In this document: positions 11,451 to 22,531 of the stretch, one piece after another
How the letters are laid out: the number at the start of each line of letters is the position of its first letter
Position numbering within the stretch: position 1 is the stretch's first letter
NCBI GenBank assembly: GCA_977017575.1
Contig: CDRNVI010000009.1
Span: 1-64,000 of the forward strand
DNA from: Paramoeba atlantica
Taxonomy: Eukaryota > Protista > Discosea
DNA: 64,000 bases
Direction of reading: 5' to 3'
The notes under the pieces: model-generated
Databases searched by the model: none
What the model saw: only the letters and a program-made list of their open reading frames with translations
What the model was told of the DNA's origin: nothing
Program-made: the position numbers and the translations under genes

Positions 11451-12785
11451 CATATGAAATTAAGGGTCGAATTGAACGAAGTTTGCACACTTTAAAAAAT
11501 AAATTTAAAACGATCTTGTTATTATTATTTTTTGCTTCTGTTGCTTGTAAAAGATATAGTTTAGCATCTTTGCTTGTATCTTTGACCTTTTTACATTCTC
11601 AGGTACGGTTGAAGTCATGGTCAATCACTTTGATGGTGGGTTTTGTTATGGGTGCCTTGAAATGAACTGTGTCACACGTCTTCCGTTTAGTGAGGTTAAG
11701 AGAGGTTAAGCCCGCTGGTACGAGTTTTGTTGGTTGTGGCATTGTTTTGTGCGGAAATCGTCTTGTCTGCATCATTTTGTTTTTCTTTGGAATTCGTTGA
11801 TATTTGGTCACTTTTAGAATTTTTTTGCAAAGTGTGCAAACTTCGTTCAATCTGACCAAATTAAGTAATTACTGACGTATCTAAAAGCGTCCGGTAGTCA
11901 ACAAACTTTTTCCGAAATGGGATAAGATAAAGGCTAATCGCTTAATTTCAACCCTGGCTAATCGTTTAGCATGGAATCAACACCAAACGTGGTCTTTTCA
12001 TTGCCTTCGGCACGGGTGCGCGGGACATTTGACCCGCGAAGGAACTGATCTGACCACACGGCTTCGACGGGGACGGTGGATGTCAGAACGTTCTGCATCT
12101 CATTACTCAATGCAGTAGTTGTAATTTTTATCTTGTACTGCTAAATGAATGATATAATGTGAACAACCGACACAAATGTATTGTATTATTGTAAAGGGTA
12201 GGCTACTTTAACAGTGGATAGCATTTACACAAGTAAAGAACACTAAAAATAATTGGACCATGAGATACATTTCATTTACTTTTACTTCAACAAATAACTT
12301 ATTGCTAAATGCGGTGCCATCCTCTTCCTTGGAACCCTCCCAGTGGGATTGGCACATGGTAGGCTAACTACATAGTGTTCAGGTCAAAGTGAAGCATTAT
12401 TTCACACTTTTTTTAAAACATTTATTATCGCCCTATTTTAGTAAAAAAGAAAAAATTAACTCTCTTGCCCTTGTTCTAGAACGATTTCTACGTTCTCGCA
12501 ATGTCATCTGAGGTGCTAAAACGGGCGACGGAGGGCATAATCTTCATGTTTTCCTCTCTTTAGCTTACTTTTCACAATTTCTGCGCCGAACTTCAGCCGA
12601 TTATGTCGCGCTTCTTTCCCACTATCAAGCGTACGGTCACCGCGAAAAAAGTACAGCTGTATGTAAACAAATGTCAGAAAAATACTTTCAGTGCCCGTAA
12701 AATATGATAAGACAACACTTAGAACACATAAAAAAATTAACGAAACTAAATATTTTTTATGTGAAATAATGCTTCACTTTCACCA

Positions 12786-13140
12786 GTGTTCATTGTCACT
12801 TCATCCGAAACTTCGGAAAGACGCAGAGTATATTTTGCATCCCTCGAAAGATTGTTAGACGTCCACGGAATCGTCAATATTTCGGAAGAATCGTTTTTAG
12901 CGTTATGCAAAAATCTCTCCCGTTTTTACCGACCTTTGACGCTGGAATCGTTCCGCGCCGCCCTCTTGTAGCGGCAACTTGAGAATATGCCAGAATCTCA
13001 CTGCTGGACATAAACTAGTCGTTTTCGCCGTCGCTTTAAAGGGGTGGTAAGCGTACGCCCGGATCCACACCCGCGAGGACCGATTACTGTAGAGCAGCTT
13101 CTCCAGTTGACAACACGTTGCATGCAGCAGTCTTATGACG
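12786..13140 (+). pseudogene. Second tyrosine recombinase N-terminal remnant
   Basis: LSRFYRPLTLESFRAALL*...RFRRRFKG...PHPRGPITVEQL, collinear with 10915-11150, with stops. Confidence 0.7.
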
Positions 13141-13675
13141 ACTACGTACATGGATCCACGATGACAGTCTTATGACGACTACGTTACGCATTAAGCAATT
13201 AGACCATTCTTGATAACACGTTTAAATATTAAAACGCTGCGCTTGTGCTTGATCAGGAACTCTCCCAGCGGGATTGAGATGTATGATAGGCTAACTACGG
13301 AGTGTTCTCTGTCACTGGTGAAGGACCTAGGAGAGCATTGTGTACCTGTACCCGGAACGATCCCGGGAGCCGGAGTGGTACTTGCGGCGCTTGCATGTGG
13401 GGATTGTAGGCGCTCTTGTTACCATCACCACCCCCACCCCCACCACCAACAAAACTGAAACACCTTTTGGAAGATTCGTTAATAAGAATGGATCAAAAAT
13501 ATTAGAAGTAGCCTAGGGAGATCCAGCTGAAGATTTTAGATTGATTTATGTGTATATTAGACCAATCAGATTTAGTTGGCCCCTTCGCATACTGAGCAGT
13601 GCAACACAAAAGAAAAGCTACAATTTGTTTGATCATTCAAAAGTAGCGGAGATACTTACTACCCCATCTCCGTAC

Positions 13676-14323
13676 TCACAAAAAAGCCTGCTCCTCATAC
13701 TCCTCCACAGACCGAAATTCCCTTCGTATCCCCGTCCCCCCAATCTCCAAACTTTTTAACGAGAGAGGTAACATCACCGAATGTACCTTTCCGTACAGTT
13801 CCTCATTATAATCGAGACACAACCCCCGTAAACCCGGCGGGAGTTCATGAAACTCCACTCTGCCGTTGAACTTATTGTGATCCAGCCACACCTCAACCAT
13901 TGACCCCGGCAGGTCTTGTAAACAAATCGTGCCGGAGAACCGGTTGTGGGAGAGCATCAGCTTTCGCAGCCCCCGGGGTAGGGACCCCAGGGCTACCTCC
14001 CCCGTGAGCTGGTTCTGGGCGCCGTACCGTTTCGGCACGTTGCGGTCTCCCAAATCCAGCTCTGTGAGGGTAGGGGGGAGAAACTTTAGAGCGGGGGCGC
14101 CGGTAAGGTGGCCCCCCGCCCAGTCGATACGCACGACGTGCTCGTGGGCGTCACAGGCCACCCCTTTCCACCGACACACGGGGGTTTCGTGTGTCCACGA
14201 GGGGTGATGGGGCTGGAGGGGTTCCAGGAAATACTCCAGCGCGAGGTGAGGCGCCAAGAGCGTCCGGTGGACTTTGGCGGGACGTCGGGGAGGGGCGGTG
14301 TCGGCAGACACAAGAAAATGCAT
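13676..14323 (-). CDS. LRR-only family protein, copy 2
   Basis: RPAKVH...SW...PVCRWKGVAC cap and NxFxGx[IL]xLxxLP repeats. Confidence 0.85.
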   Translation of the reverse strand: MHFLVSADTAPPRRPAKVHRTLLAPHLALEYFLEPLQPHHPSWTHETPVCRWKGVACDAHEHVVRIDWAGGHLTGAPALKFLPPTLTELDLGDRNVPKRYGAQNQLTGEVALGSLPRGLRKLMLSHNRFSGTICLQDLPGSMVEVWLDHNKFNGRVEFHELPPGLRGLCLDYNEELYGKVHSVMLPLSLKSLEIGGTGIRREFRSVEEYEEQAFL

Positions 14324-15361
14324 GGGGGAAAAGGAAGAAACGGGGGAGGTAGTGTGGAAAATCGTGATCTATTGTACGTACTCTACCGAGTATGCGGTAT
14401 AGTATGGCTTAGACTAGTAAAGTAGTAATCACATGACTACAGTGTATGTAATTGTAGAAGAATTCTAAATCATATGGCATATTTTGACACCCAAGTTTTG
14501 CATACATACAATGTATTTTTCGTGCAACGAATGTACACACTACGTATTTCGGATCATGGCATCCGGGTCTTGCATCGAAACACTATTAGTAATAGTTAAT
14601 ATACTATTAGTAATAGTTAATAATTACTTACTTTGCACTATTACTTACTTGATTAATTTTTGCATTCTATATGAGGTCCACACCACGGTACATAAAAACA
14701 CGAATTTCGGAGCTGTATGATGGCGGGGTTTCCTTGAGTTCTATTTCAGGTACTAAGGAAGAAGCGCAAGCAGGAAATGGTAAGCCAAAATATAAGCGAA
14801 ATGAAGCGTTACCCCAGGGCAGAAACAAGTGACTTTCGGCCCAAAAAGAAAGATGACAGAGACGATAGAACTCACCGATTCGGATACCGAAATCCCTTTC
14901 AACCCTTACGGCGGACAGCCACGGACATGCATGTACGCTACCGGAGTGGAAAATATGTAAGAGTGGAAAATAGAAGACTCAATATCGCGCGAAAAACCGT
15001 TTTGCAAAAAACGAAACGAAGCCACATAGGAGTATTGAAGGGAAACTCGGATGAAACTAAATCGGTGTTTAACTTGCCTGAACGCTTTTTTGATAAAGAT
15101 GGGTGATTCGATAAATAGAACATTATAATATAGGGTAAATTACAAAGCGCAACACGCAACAAGGAAATAAGGAAAATATGAGAGCATAGGTGGGAAATAT
15201 AAAGTTATAAGCGTACGAAGCAAAGTGGAACTCCTAATTCATCCACAAACTGCACAGGACAAGGAATGCCAGGCATGCACAGCTCAGGGTGAGGGTTTAC
15301 GCTCATCTATTAGCCCCGTATCCCGTTGCCAGGTCACACTGGATGGTGATCCTGCGCTTCA

Positions 15362-15475
15362 AACGAAGTTATCTTCCAACAGGATAACGACCCCAAGCAT
15401 ACCAGCCGTTGTGCGCAATGGCACCTCTAGGGTACCGGGTTTGAAGTCATGCGGTGGCCCCCGCAATCCCCTGAC
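15362..15475 (+). pseudogene. Tc1-like DDE transposase fragment
   Basis: Manual translation NEVIFQQDNDPKHTSRCAQWHL*GTGFEVMRWPPQSPD; not in the ORF track. Confidence 0.8.
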
Positions 15476-16139
15476 TGACGCAGGAGCATTGCACGAATGC
15501 ATCGTGAAAAAGATGTGATGTAGAGGCTCGAAACACTCCGGCACAAATCGCAGTTAACGCGGACAATGCGTTAACGTGATCAGTCGATTTGTGATCAGTC
15601 GATTTTTCTCCTCGTCCTCGCAAAGGAAAAAGCAATACTGCGAATGGCCCCCTGTCGTTTGGTTCTCTAAGAAATCAAAACCTCTTGGTTTTCACATGCG
15701 CTCCAAAAGGATGTGAAGCTTGGGCCATAAAAAATGCTAAAAACCCCGTGGGTTCTATTAAATGCGTCAGCCTGGGTCACACTCGACACATGAAATGCAC
15801 GCAATGCACATTCGTAACCCACAGTCGAATTGATACATTGTGCTATAAGCATTTAAAGACCTGCACAGGCAAATCAGCGATACATCTTTTGATGGATTTA
15901 CCTCCTGATGACACTGTGTTCTCTGAAGACAGGTATTCCGGCTCATATTCTCCCGTGTACGACTGTCTACGCAAGTGAGTGAGTTATAAATTCTTTGAAA
16001 CAATGATTGTCCCTTAGTCTGACAAAGAAGTGGTACATTTGAATTTTGCTGGTCTTTCGGATGTGGAGAAAAACAAAATCAAGTACGCAGACAAAACCTC
16101 TTCCTGCGCAGCAACTAAAAGATTTAGAGGAGAAAAAAA

Positions 16140-16940
16140 TCAGACTTTGCAGGGATTTGGACCGTTTAAGAAATGAATGCCCAAGTCTGGTGGAAGTTCC
16201 ACGTTTTCTATAGGACAAGAGAGCTGCAGTACGTTATCCAAACGTAAAAGCATTAAAGTTTTCGGAAGCGTCGTAAAATCAACGACACCAGTAAACTTAT
16301 TTCTTTCCAAGTTAAGTTCTATCAAGTTCTGGGGTAGAAAGCGAAGTTCAGGGGTTCCGGTGAAAAGATTTCTATGTAGATGCAAGAAGAGAAGTGTGGA
16401 GGGCAAATCACACAGGTCAACGTTCCCAGTAAAAGAATTGTGACTTAATATCAAAACCTCAATATTTGCTGGGAGAAAAGCAAAAGAAATGTTACCCACT
16501 AATTCATTGCTTCGAACACAGAGTTCTTTTAGCTGTTGCGGGAGGTGTTGCAAATCAAGTCCGCCTTCAAAAAAGTTCTCTTCGAGGTTTATGTCGTCTA
16601 GATTATTGGGCATAAAATGAGTTTCGACTTTACCTAGTAACAAATTTACGGAAAGATCGAGAAGCATCAACGACTGTGGAAGATACGCCCAGTGAAGACT
16701 ACCTTTTATGTACATGTAATCCCAGCTCAGGGCTGTGACTTCTCCTGCGTCATTGCATTTCACATATTTCCATTCACACGCGGGGGTGTGCGTATTCCAA
16801 GACTCCTGCGTATTTTCCACGTCCTGAACAAAACGCACAAGTTCGTATTCGGTCGGCAGAGACGCACCACGAACTTTTCCACGAATGCTCGTTTCTCGCG
16901 TTTGTTTTCGCCTCTTGAGAGGCGGTTCAGCGTTATCCAT
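16140..16940 (-). CDS. LRR-only family protein, copy 3
   Basis: RGKVRGASLPTEYEL...TPACEWKYVKC followed by about 7 LRRs. Confidence 0.9.
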   Translation of the reverse strand: MDNAEPPLKRRKQTRETSIRGKVRGASLPTEYELVRFVQDVENTQESWNTHTPACEWKYVKCNDAGEVTALSWDYMYIKGSLHWAYLPQSLMLLDLSVNLLLGKVETHFMPNNLDDINLEENFFEGGLDLQHLPQQLKELCVRSNELVGNISFAFLPANIEVLILSHNSFTGNVDLCDLPSTLLFLHLHRNLFTGTPELRFLPQNLIELNLERNKFTGVVDFTTLPKTLMLLRLDNVLQLSCPIENVELPPDLGIHFLNGPNPCKV

Positions 16941-17205
16941 GAATAGATAAAAAATAGGAGTTTTTAAAATAGTGCTTTACACCCTTTTCTACTGATCATT
17001 GAATGTCATTGAATGACTAAAATCGAAGAAATATGAGTACGATAAACAAAAATCATGAACAATAATCTATTTTATCCCAATTTTAATATTCTTTCATTAG
17101 AAAAGAGAGAGAGCAGAGTACCAAGATATCTAAGGAGGAGTAACGGTGCAGTAAAGAAAAAGAAATAATGCAAGACATCAGTTTCAATAATTTTCCTTTT
17201 TAAAA

Positions 17206-18654
17206 TTAGGCAAAATAGGCAAGTGCAAGGTATACGAATCTTTTCCACTCACAATCGGGAAGGCAATGCGCCATTGCTAGAGATCTCGGCTTCAACAGTG
17301 CAGACCGATGAGACTTTGATATATTCATCGTGGCACCTCGACGATCAAATCTTGTGCTTAGTTTTTTATGACAACTAGGTGGGACTCTTCCGGTTGTTTG
17401 TTTTGCCGCGGTAATGGAATAGGAAGAACTAATCGGTAAAACGGTGGACTGAGATTCTGCTGTCTTTAAAAATAACTCAGGATTTGACGTAAATAACTTT
17501 AGGGCCCTTGTCACACACTTACGCAAGGAAACAAGTTGTTGTATCGGTAAGCCCCTGGTTGTGCTCAGAGCAGTGGAGAACAAAACCGTAAGAGGTGAAA
17601 TCCATAATGAGGGAAAGTATCCCAGTCGTGCAAGGGCATAAAAAATGCGGACGACATAGTCTACAGGAAGATGGTCGACGTCCAGGACATAGGCTTGAAG
17701 GAGAGCCTCAAGAAATCCCTTGTGCTTAACACCACGTCGGGAACACACCTCAAAAAGATACGGCAAGGCTCTGGTGATTCTTGGATCGAACTCAACTCTG
17801 TCTGAATTCATACAAACAGGACGTTCTCCCTCTTGATCAAGTTCTGAAGGACGTGTTTTGTCGTGAGCTTGGATAATAGAATGTAAGGTGTCTGCTACGA
17901 GAAACGGAAAGGGATGCCACTCTAACGCGAGACCGTTGAGCAGAAGGCTTTCACCTCGAACCATACTTCTTAACTTCATTCTTGCCAAAACATTTGACGA
18001 CATCCAACTCCCGTGTTCTCGATTCAGTTTCGCATACTTTAGTAGTCGGAGTGCAAAGACGATTTCGCGGAATGCAAACATCATGGTCCTTGGTGATGGG
18101 TCTTTACTTTCTCTGTTCCATCCACCCATTGAGGAAAAAAGCTTTTCCGATTCTTGCGCCTTCACCGCTTGAATCTCAGCAACAAGCCACCGCAAACCAT
18201 ACTCCGAATTGACGTGGTGTAAAACGTGAATCACGCTTCGTCTCAGATACGGTAGCTGCTTAGGCGATATCGTTTCTTGTTGTCGCAGCCCATCAAGAAT
18301 GGATGAGCTCAAAAAAGATGGATATCCAATATTCAATCGCCCGTACGCTTCTGTAAGCGCGAAAACATGTATTGGAGTAGTACACTCTGTTTTTGTGTAA
18401 AACCCACGTGCTTTATGTATTTGGTGCGTGTGAGCCAATAGGACTATCTTCCCCAAGTTATCCATGGCGTGAAGAAGGTTCAACCATTCACTAAAAGCAT
18501 TTACGGAACTCGGGAGCTGAAGAACGAGTAGAATGTGAAGCAAATGAACCACGCGAGGGCGAACAAGACTGTTTCGTGAAAAGACGACGGGCGTGATTCT
18601 TCGCCTCCCGTGGCTTTGGTATGCAGCCCATAAAGCCCGTACGGCTTCCATCAT
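17206..18654 (-). CDS. Hypothetical protein (~482 aa from the first MM), possibly helical-repeat
   Basis: Long ORF on the gene-bearing strand with protein-like composition; start codon uncertain (ORF extends to 18924). Confidence 0.65.
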   Translation of the reverse strand: MMEAVRALWAAYQSHGRRRITPVVFSRNSLVRPRVVHLLHILLVLQLPSSVNAFSEWLNLLHAMDNLGKIVLLAHTHQIHKARGFYTKTECTTPIHVFALTEAYGRLNIGYPSFLSSSILDGLRQQETISPKQLPYLRRSVIHVLHHVNSEYGLRWLVAEIQAVKAQESEKLFSSMGGWNRESKDPSPRTMMFAFREIVFALRLLKYAKLNREHGSWMSSNVLARMKLRSMVRGESLLLNGLALEWHPFPFLVADTLHSIIQAHDKTRPSELDQEGERPVCMNSDRVEFDPRITRALPYLFEVCSRRGVKHKGFLEALLQAYVLDVDHLPVDYVVRIFYALARLGYFPSLWISPLTVLFSTALSTTRGLPIQQLVSLRKCVTRALKLFTSNPELFLKTAESQSTVLPISSSYSITAAKQTTGRVPPSCHKKLSTRFDRRGATMNISKSHRSALLKPRSLAMAHCLPDCEWKRFVYLALAYFA

Positions 18655-19532
18655 TCGAGTATAGTGTGGACAAACAACAAGATGATTTCGTAATTCTTGT
18701 GAGTGGGCAACAATGGGAAGTGGCGTACAGAATGAGGAGAGAATCGAGTCGATGCTCGTGGTAAGGGAGAGGGGAAGAGGTTCGTTGTAAATCGGTAAAA
18801 GAGAATGATCTTTCTCTGATGCATTGAATGATCTACTACTTGTTTGTACTGCACAAGAGATCGTTTTGATGTGTGCATACACGCTACAACACGTATTGGG
18901 GTCACAATGTTTCGTGTTGCACATACAACAACGTGATGGGTTGCGTGTGGTGCTGTGTAAAAGGATTGTGCATTGAGGTGTTATGCGTTGCGATATAAAA
19001 GATAAATTATTCTAAACCGTGTTCCGGGTTATTGTGCCCCTCCTGCACAATAACTGTCTCTAGGCACAATAGCTAAATATAGGAAAAAACCAAAAAACAT
19101 ACCCCTGCCGGGTCGATGGGTAATTACCCATTAGCGGGTCTGTGCGGGTAAATTACCCGGGTCTGTGACCCAGTTACCCGCACCGACCCACACAGACCCG
19201 CATCGGCGCACTAGCCATTAAATACAAAATGATTTCCTCTCAAGTGTGCTGATTCGTAGGATTGGCACGGAATGCTCTATGTACAGAAACGGTATCTTTA
19301 GCGATGAGGAATTCCTTCCATAAGAAGAATTCCCTCTACTGATTTGCTTGTGTCGCCCATCAATTTTTTTTATTTTATTTTTTTGGTGTGAACCCCCCAG
19401 GCCTACCGGAAGCCTACCCCCTAACACCGCAATGGTACCAATTTTTTTTTACTTTTTTTGGCCAGTCGAGTTTACCCTCGAGTCCTAGCAAACTAAGGTG
19501 AAACTATAAAGAATCACCACATAGAAAACATT

Positions 19533-20435
19533 GCGGTGGTTGTAAAACTACCGCTCTACCCTCGATTATTGAAAAAATAGTGAACAAAAACAGTGAAAAT
19601 ATAAAGGGGAACACAGTAATATAATAGAAGAAAAAAATATGAAAGGGGGCTCCGGTGGTCCAAAACTGAAAAATTTTTTTGAAAAAAATGGGGGGTCCAT
19701 GGGGGGGGTCCAGGGGGGGGTCCAGGGGGGGGTCCAGGGGGGGGGTCATGGTCGAGCAAATTTTTTCTAAAAGATTAGTTTTCGAAAAAAAACCGCAGAA
19801 AGGGTAGCCGGGGTCTTGGCGCGCATTTTCCACCCCCCTACCAGGGGGTGACCCCCCCCCGCGTATCCGCAGGACGGGTCCGCCAAGTTCGGATTTTTTC
19901 GGAAAAATTTTATTGAAAAAAATTTCAACTTGGCGAAAAAAATGGCAAAAAAAATATTTTTCCAAAATCGTTTCCCCTATTGTATTTTGATAGTTTGGGA
20001 CCTACACTAGCTTTCTACGCAGTTGTTTTCGCAAGGTATGCCTTCTTCGAACTGTGGTGCGCCCCTCAAACTGACCCATTTTTGACTAAAAAAGGTGAAA
20101 AAGTATTTCGGACCTAAAGGGGCATTTTTGTGTCGAAAGAATGGTATGGTTGGAGTCGTATTCTCTACCCAATACGTTCGGTAGGCTTTCATTCATGCCT
20201 ACGAGTGATTTCCCACGCGCAAATGTCGGATTTAGTGCTCTGAGAGCAAAAGTACGCGAAAATCACCCCATTTTTACCCGAAATTCGGCTATATTTGGCT
20301 ATAATCTTTCCGTTTTCCAGGCTAATTTTTTTTAGGCTCTTCGTTAAACGCGGCGGTAGTTTTCAACGCGAAGCGCGCAGCATGAGTGACTTCTAAGTTG
20401 AAAACAACCACCGCGTTTAACGAAGAGCTTAAAAA
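19533..20435 (+). mobile_element. Composite repeat A, long copy, directly followed by another copy starting at 20438
   Basis: Same gcggtggttgtaaaactaccgc start, (G6-8)TCCA tracts and terminal hairpin as 3887-4319. Confidence 0.75.
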
Positions 20436-20748
20436 TTGCGGTGGTTATAAAACTACCGCTCTACACTCGATTATTGAAAAAAAAGTGAACAAAAACAGTG
20501 AAAATATAAAGAGGAACACAGTAATATAATAGAAGAAAAAAACAGGGTTCGCAGAAACTATAATATAGTAAAATATAGTTTTTTTCATTGAATATAGTTA
20601 CTATATAGTACTATATTTACTATATTTTACTATAAAACTATAAGAAAACTATAAAGGTTTTTTCACCTTACAAGTGATATTTTTTGAGTCCTCTCCGCTT
20701 GTGAAGGACATGCACACGCCTCTACATGCGTTCTTACACGCTTACATA

Positions 20749-22301
20749 CAGGGGTGGGCGCCTTCAGAGTGGGGGGGTCTAAAATTCGTAAAACTTGACC
20801 AATTTTGGAAAGTAATAGCGCATTCGAGAGCTCTCAAATAGTCTGGTGTAATGGCAACATCCGTTTCCCGTTTTTAGACATTCGAGATAAATGACAGAAA
20901 AACAAGGAATTTATTTTTCCCCGAAGATGCAATTTTTCAGTTTTTTTGGCTTTTTTTAGTTTTTTTGCGCCGTTAATGCCTCAGAAACGTGTACGATCGC
21001 GAACATCACGGTTTCCCTTCCAGAGAGATGCTTATTCACCACCTGGGAAGGTAGGGCCGTCGCATCGCATGCTTCTCGTAGACCATTACTTTCGTTCTGG
21101 GTCCTACAATGCTACAGCACGCCACTTTGAAGTAGCGGAGAGCACTGTGAAGCGATGGGTCATTCGTTACAGCGAAACTGGTGATGTCGAAAGCATTCCC
21201 AGACGTCTGAATTTTACAGTTAGGACATCACTGTTTATCGGAGAAGCACTCCGCATAGTAGATGAGGGTACACGGGATCTTCCTTATGGTGTGGAATCAT
21301 GGTGCGCTCTACATCGCGAACTTCTATCCAGAGGGTTTCAGTGTTCCAGACGCACTTTGGCTCGAGCTTTGAAGCCCGATATTATCCTCCGCGTAGTTCA
21401 GCGTAAACCACGACTAACCCAACAGCATAAAGACGTTAGAGTCCGATTCTGTAAGGACATGACGGGCTGGAGCGAACACCAGCTTGATAATATTATTTGG
21501 TGTGATGAGAAAAAGTTTACCTGCAAGAAGTCTACCAAAAACGCCTACCTTTGCCGACGGTCCGACCCTGTAAAAGAGCAGCTAGGTGAGCTGGAAGCGT
21601 GGGTAGGGGGCGATGGTATAATGGTGTGGATGGGGGTAAGCATAAAGCATGGATTTCATCTGCACATTTTTCCTAATAGAGATGAGCAGGGAAATAGAGT
21701 TACTGTGAACGGGGCTGTTTTCGAAGCTGCCATGACCAAGCGTAATGGTCTTTTGAACTACCTACACAGGCACCGTGCAGTTGTTGCTATGGACAATTGC
21801 CCTGCGCACAACTTGGCAAGGCGTACTTTTCAGCAGCAAAACGTGCGAACGCTCCCCTGGCCCGCAAAGTCACCAGATCTCAACCCCATCGAAAACTTGT
21901 GGAATATCATGGATCAGCACAAGGATCGCATGCGACCACGCAATCGCGCAGATCTCCTCTCTTCTATCGAGAGTGCATACGACGCACTTCAAACCGATCT
22001 CAAAAGTACTTGCGTGAAGACCATAAAGAGTGTCTCCAAGCGCTTTCAAATCGTTATTGAGAAAAAAGGGGGAAATTGTGGGTACTGAGATTTTTTTTTT
22101 TGGAAAAAAAGGACTTTTTCGTTAAAGTTGCAATTCGTGTTTGGGACCATTCTAGCTTTCTTTGATTCCCGTAAACTTTCGCAGAGTGCTTTTTACGATT
22201 ACACTAGACTATTTGAGAGCTCTCGAATGCGCTATTACTTTCCAAAATTGAACAAGTTTTACGAATTTTAGACCCCCCCACTCTGAAGGTGCCCACCCAT
22301 G
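20749..22301 (+). mobile_element. Apparently intact Tc1-like DNA transposon, ~104-bp TIRs, TA TSD
   Basis: TA at 20747-48 and 22302-03; TIRs 20749-20852 and 22198-22301 nearly identical; one intact transposase ORF. Confidence 0.95.
20976..22088 (+). CDS. Tc1-like transposase (370 aa), DD32E spacing
   Basis: HTH (YNATARHFEVAESTVKRWV), IIWCDEKKF, AMDNCPAH, WPAKSPDLNPIENLW; 32 residues counted between the second D and the E. Confidence 0.92.
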   Translation: MPQKRVRSRTSRFPFQRDAYSPPGKVGPSHRMLLVDHYFRSGSYNATARHFEVAESTVKRWVIRYSETGDVESIPRRLNFTVRTSLFIGEALRIVDEGTRDLPYGVESWCALHRELLSRGFQCSRRTLARALKPDIILRVVQRKPRLTQQHKDVRVRFCKDMTGWSEHQLDNIIWCDEKKFTCKKSTKNAYLCRRSDPVKEQLGELEAWVGGDGIMVWMGVSIKHGFHLHIFPNRDEQGNRVTVNGAVFEAAMTKRNGLLNYLHRHRAVVAMDNCPAHNLARRTFQQQNVRTLPWPAKSPDLNPIENLWNIMDQHKDRMRPRNRADLLSSIESAYDALQTDLKSTCVKTIKSVSKRFQIVIEKKGGNCGY

Positions 22302-22333
22302 TACGTATGATATGACAAGAAATTCTGAAAAAA

Positions 22334-22531
22334 ATGTGACCCAAGCTAAAGTGGACGAGGGAGATACTAAAAGCACCTTTGGCAAACCACCATAAAAATG
22401 GAAGGGTATGTCCCTTAAAGATTCTTTTGGTACGTCGGAATCCTTTCCAAACCGGGAGATATCATTCTATTTTTGTGGTGGTTTAAAGGTGCTTTTAGAA
22501 TCTCCCTCGTCCACTTTATCTTGGGTTACAT
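22334..22531. mobile_element. Foldback MITE, same family as 9417-9599
   Basis: atgtgacccaagctaaagtggacgagggagat / atctccctcgtccactttatcttgggttacat. Confidence 0.75.

Noticed and set aside
15685-15978. Cys/His-rich ORF (KCTQC...H...C) as a zinc-finger gene
   Set aside because: Short, non-ATG start, plus strand, next to a Tc1 remnant; probably TE debris, not enough support to call.
9000-19085. gcacaata/aacccggaac motifs near 9010-9090 and inverted near 19021-19080 as TIRs of a 10-kb composite element
   Set aside because: Match is patchy, no TSD found, and the interior contains ordinary host genes; more likely two independent MITE ends.
19275-19295. GTTTCTGTAC on the minus strand resembling the SL exon core
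   Set aside because: 10-nt match only; the same string occurs inside LRR coding sequence near 28905.
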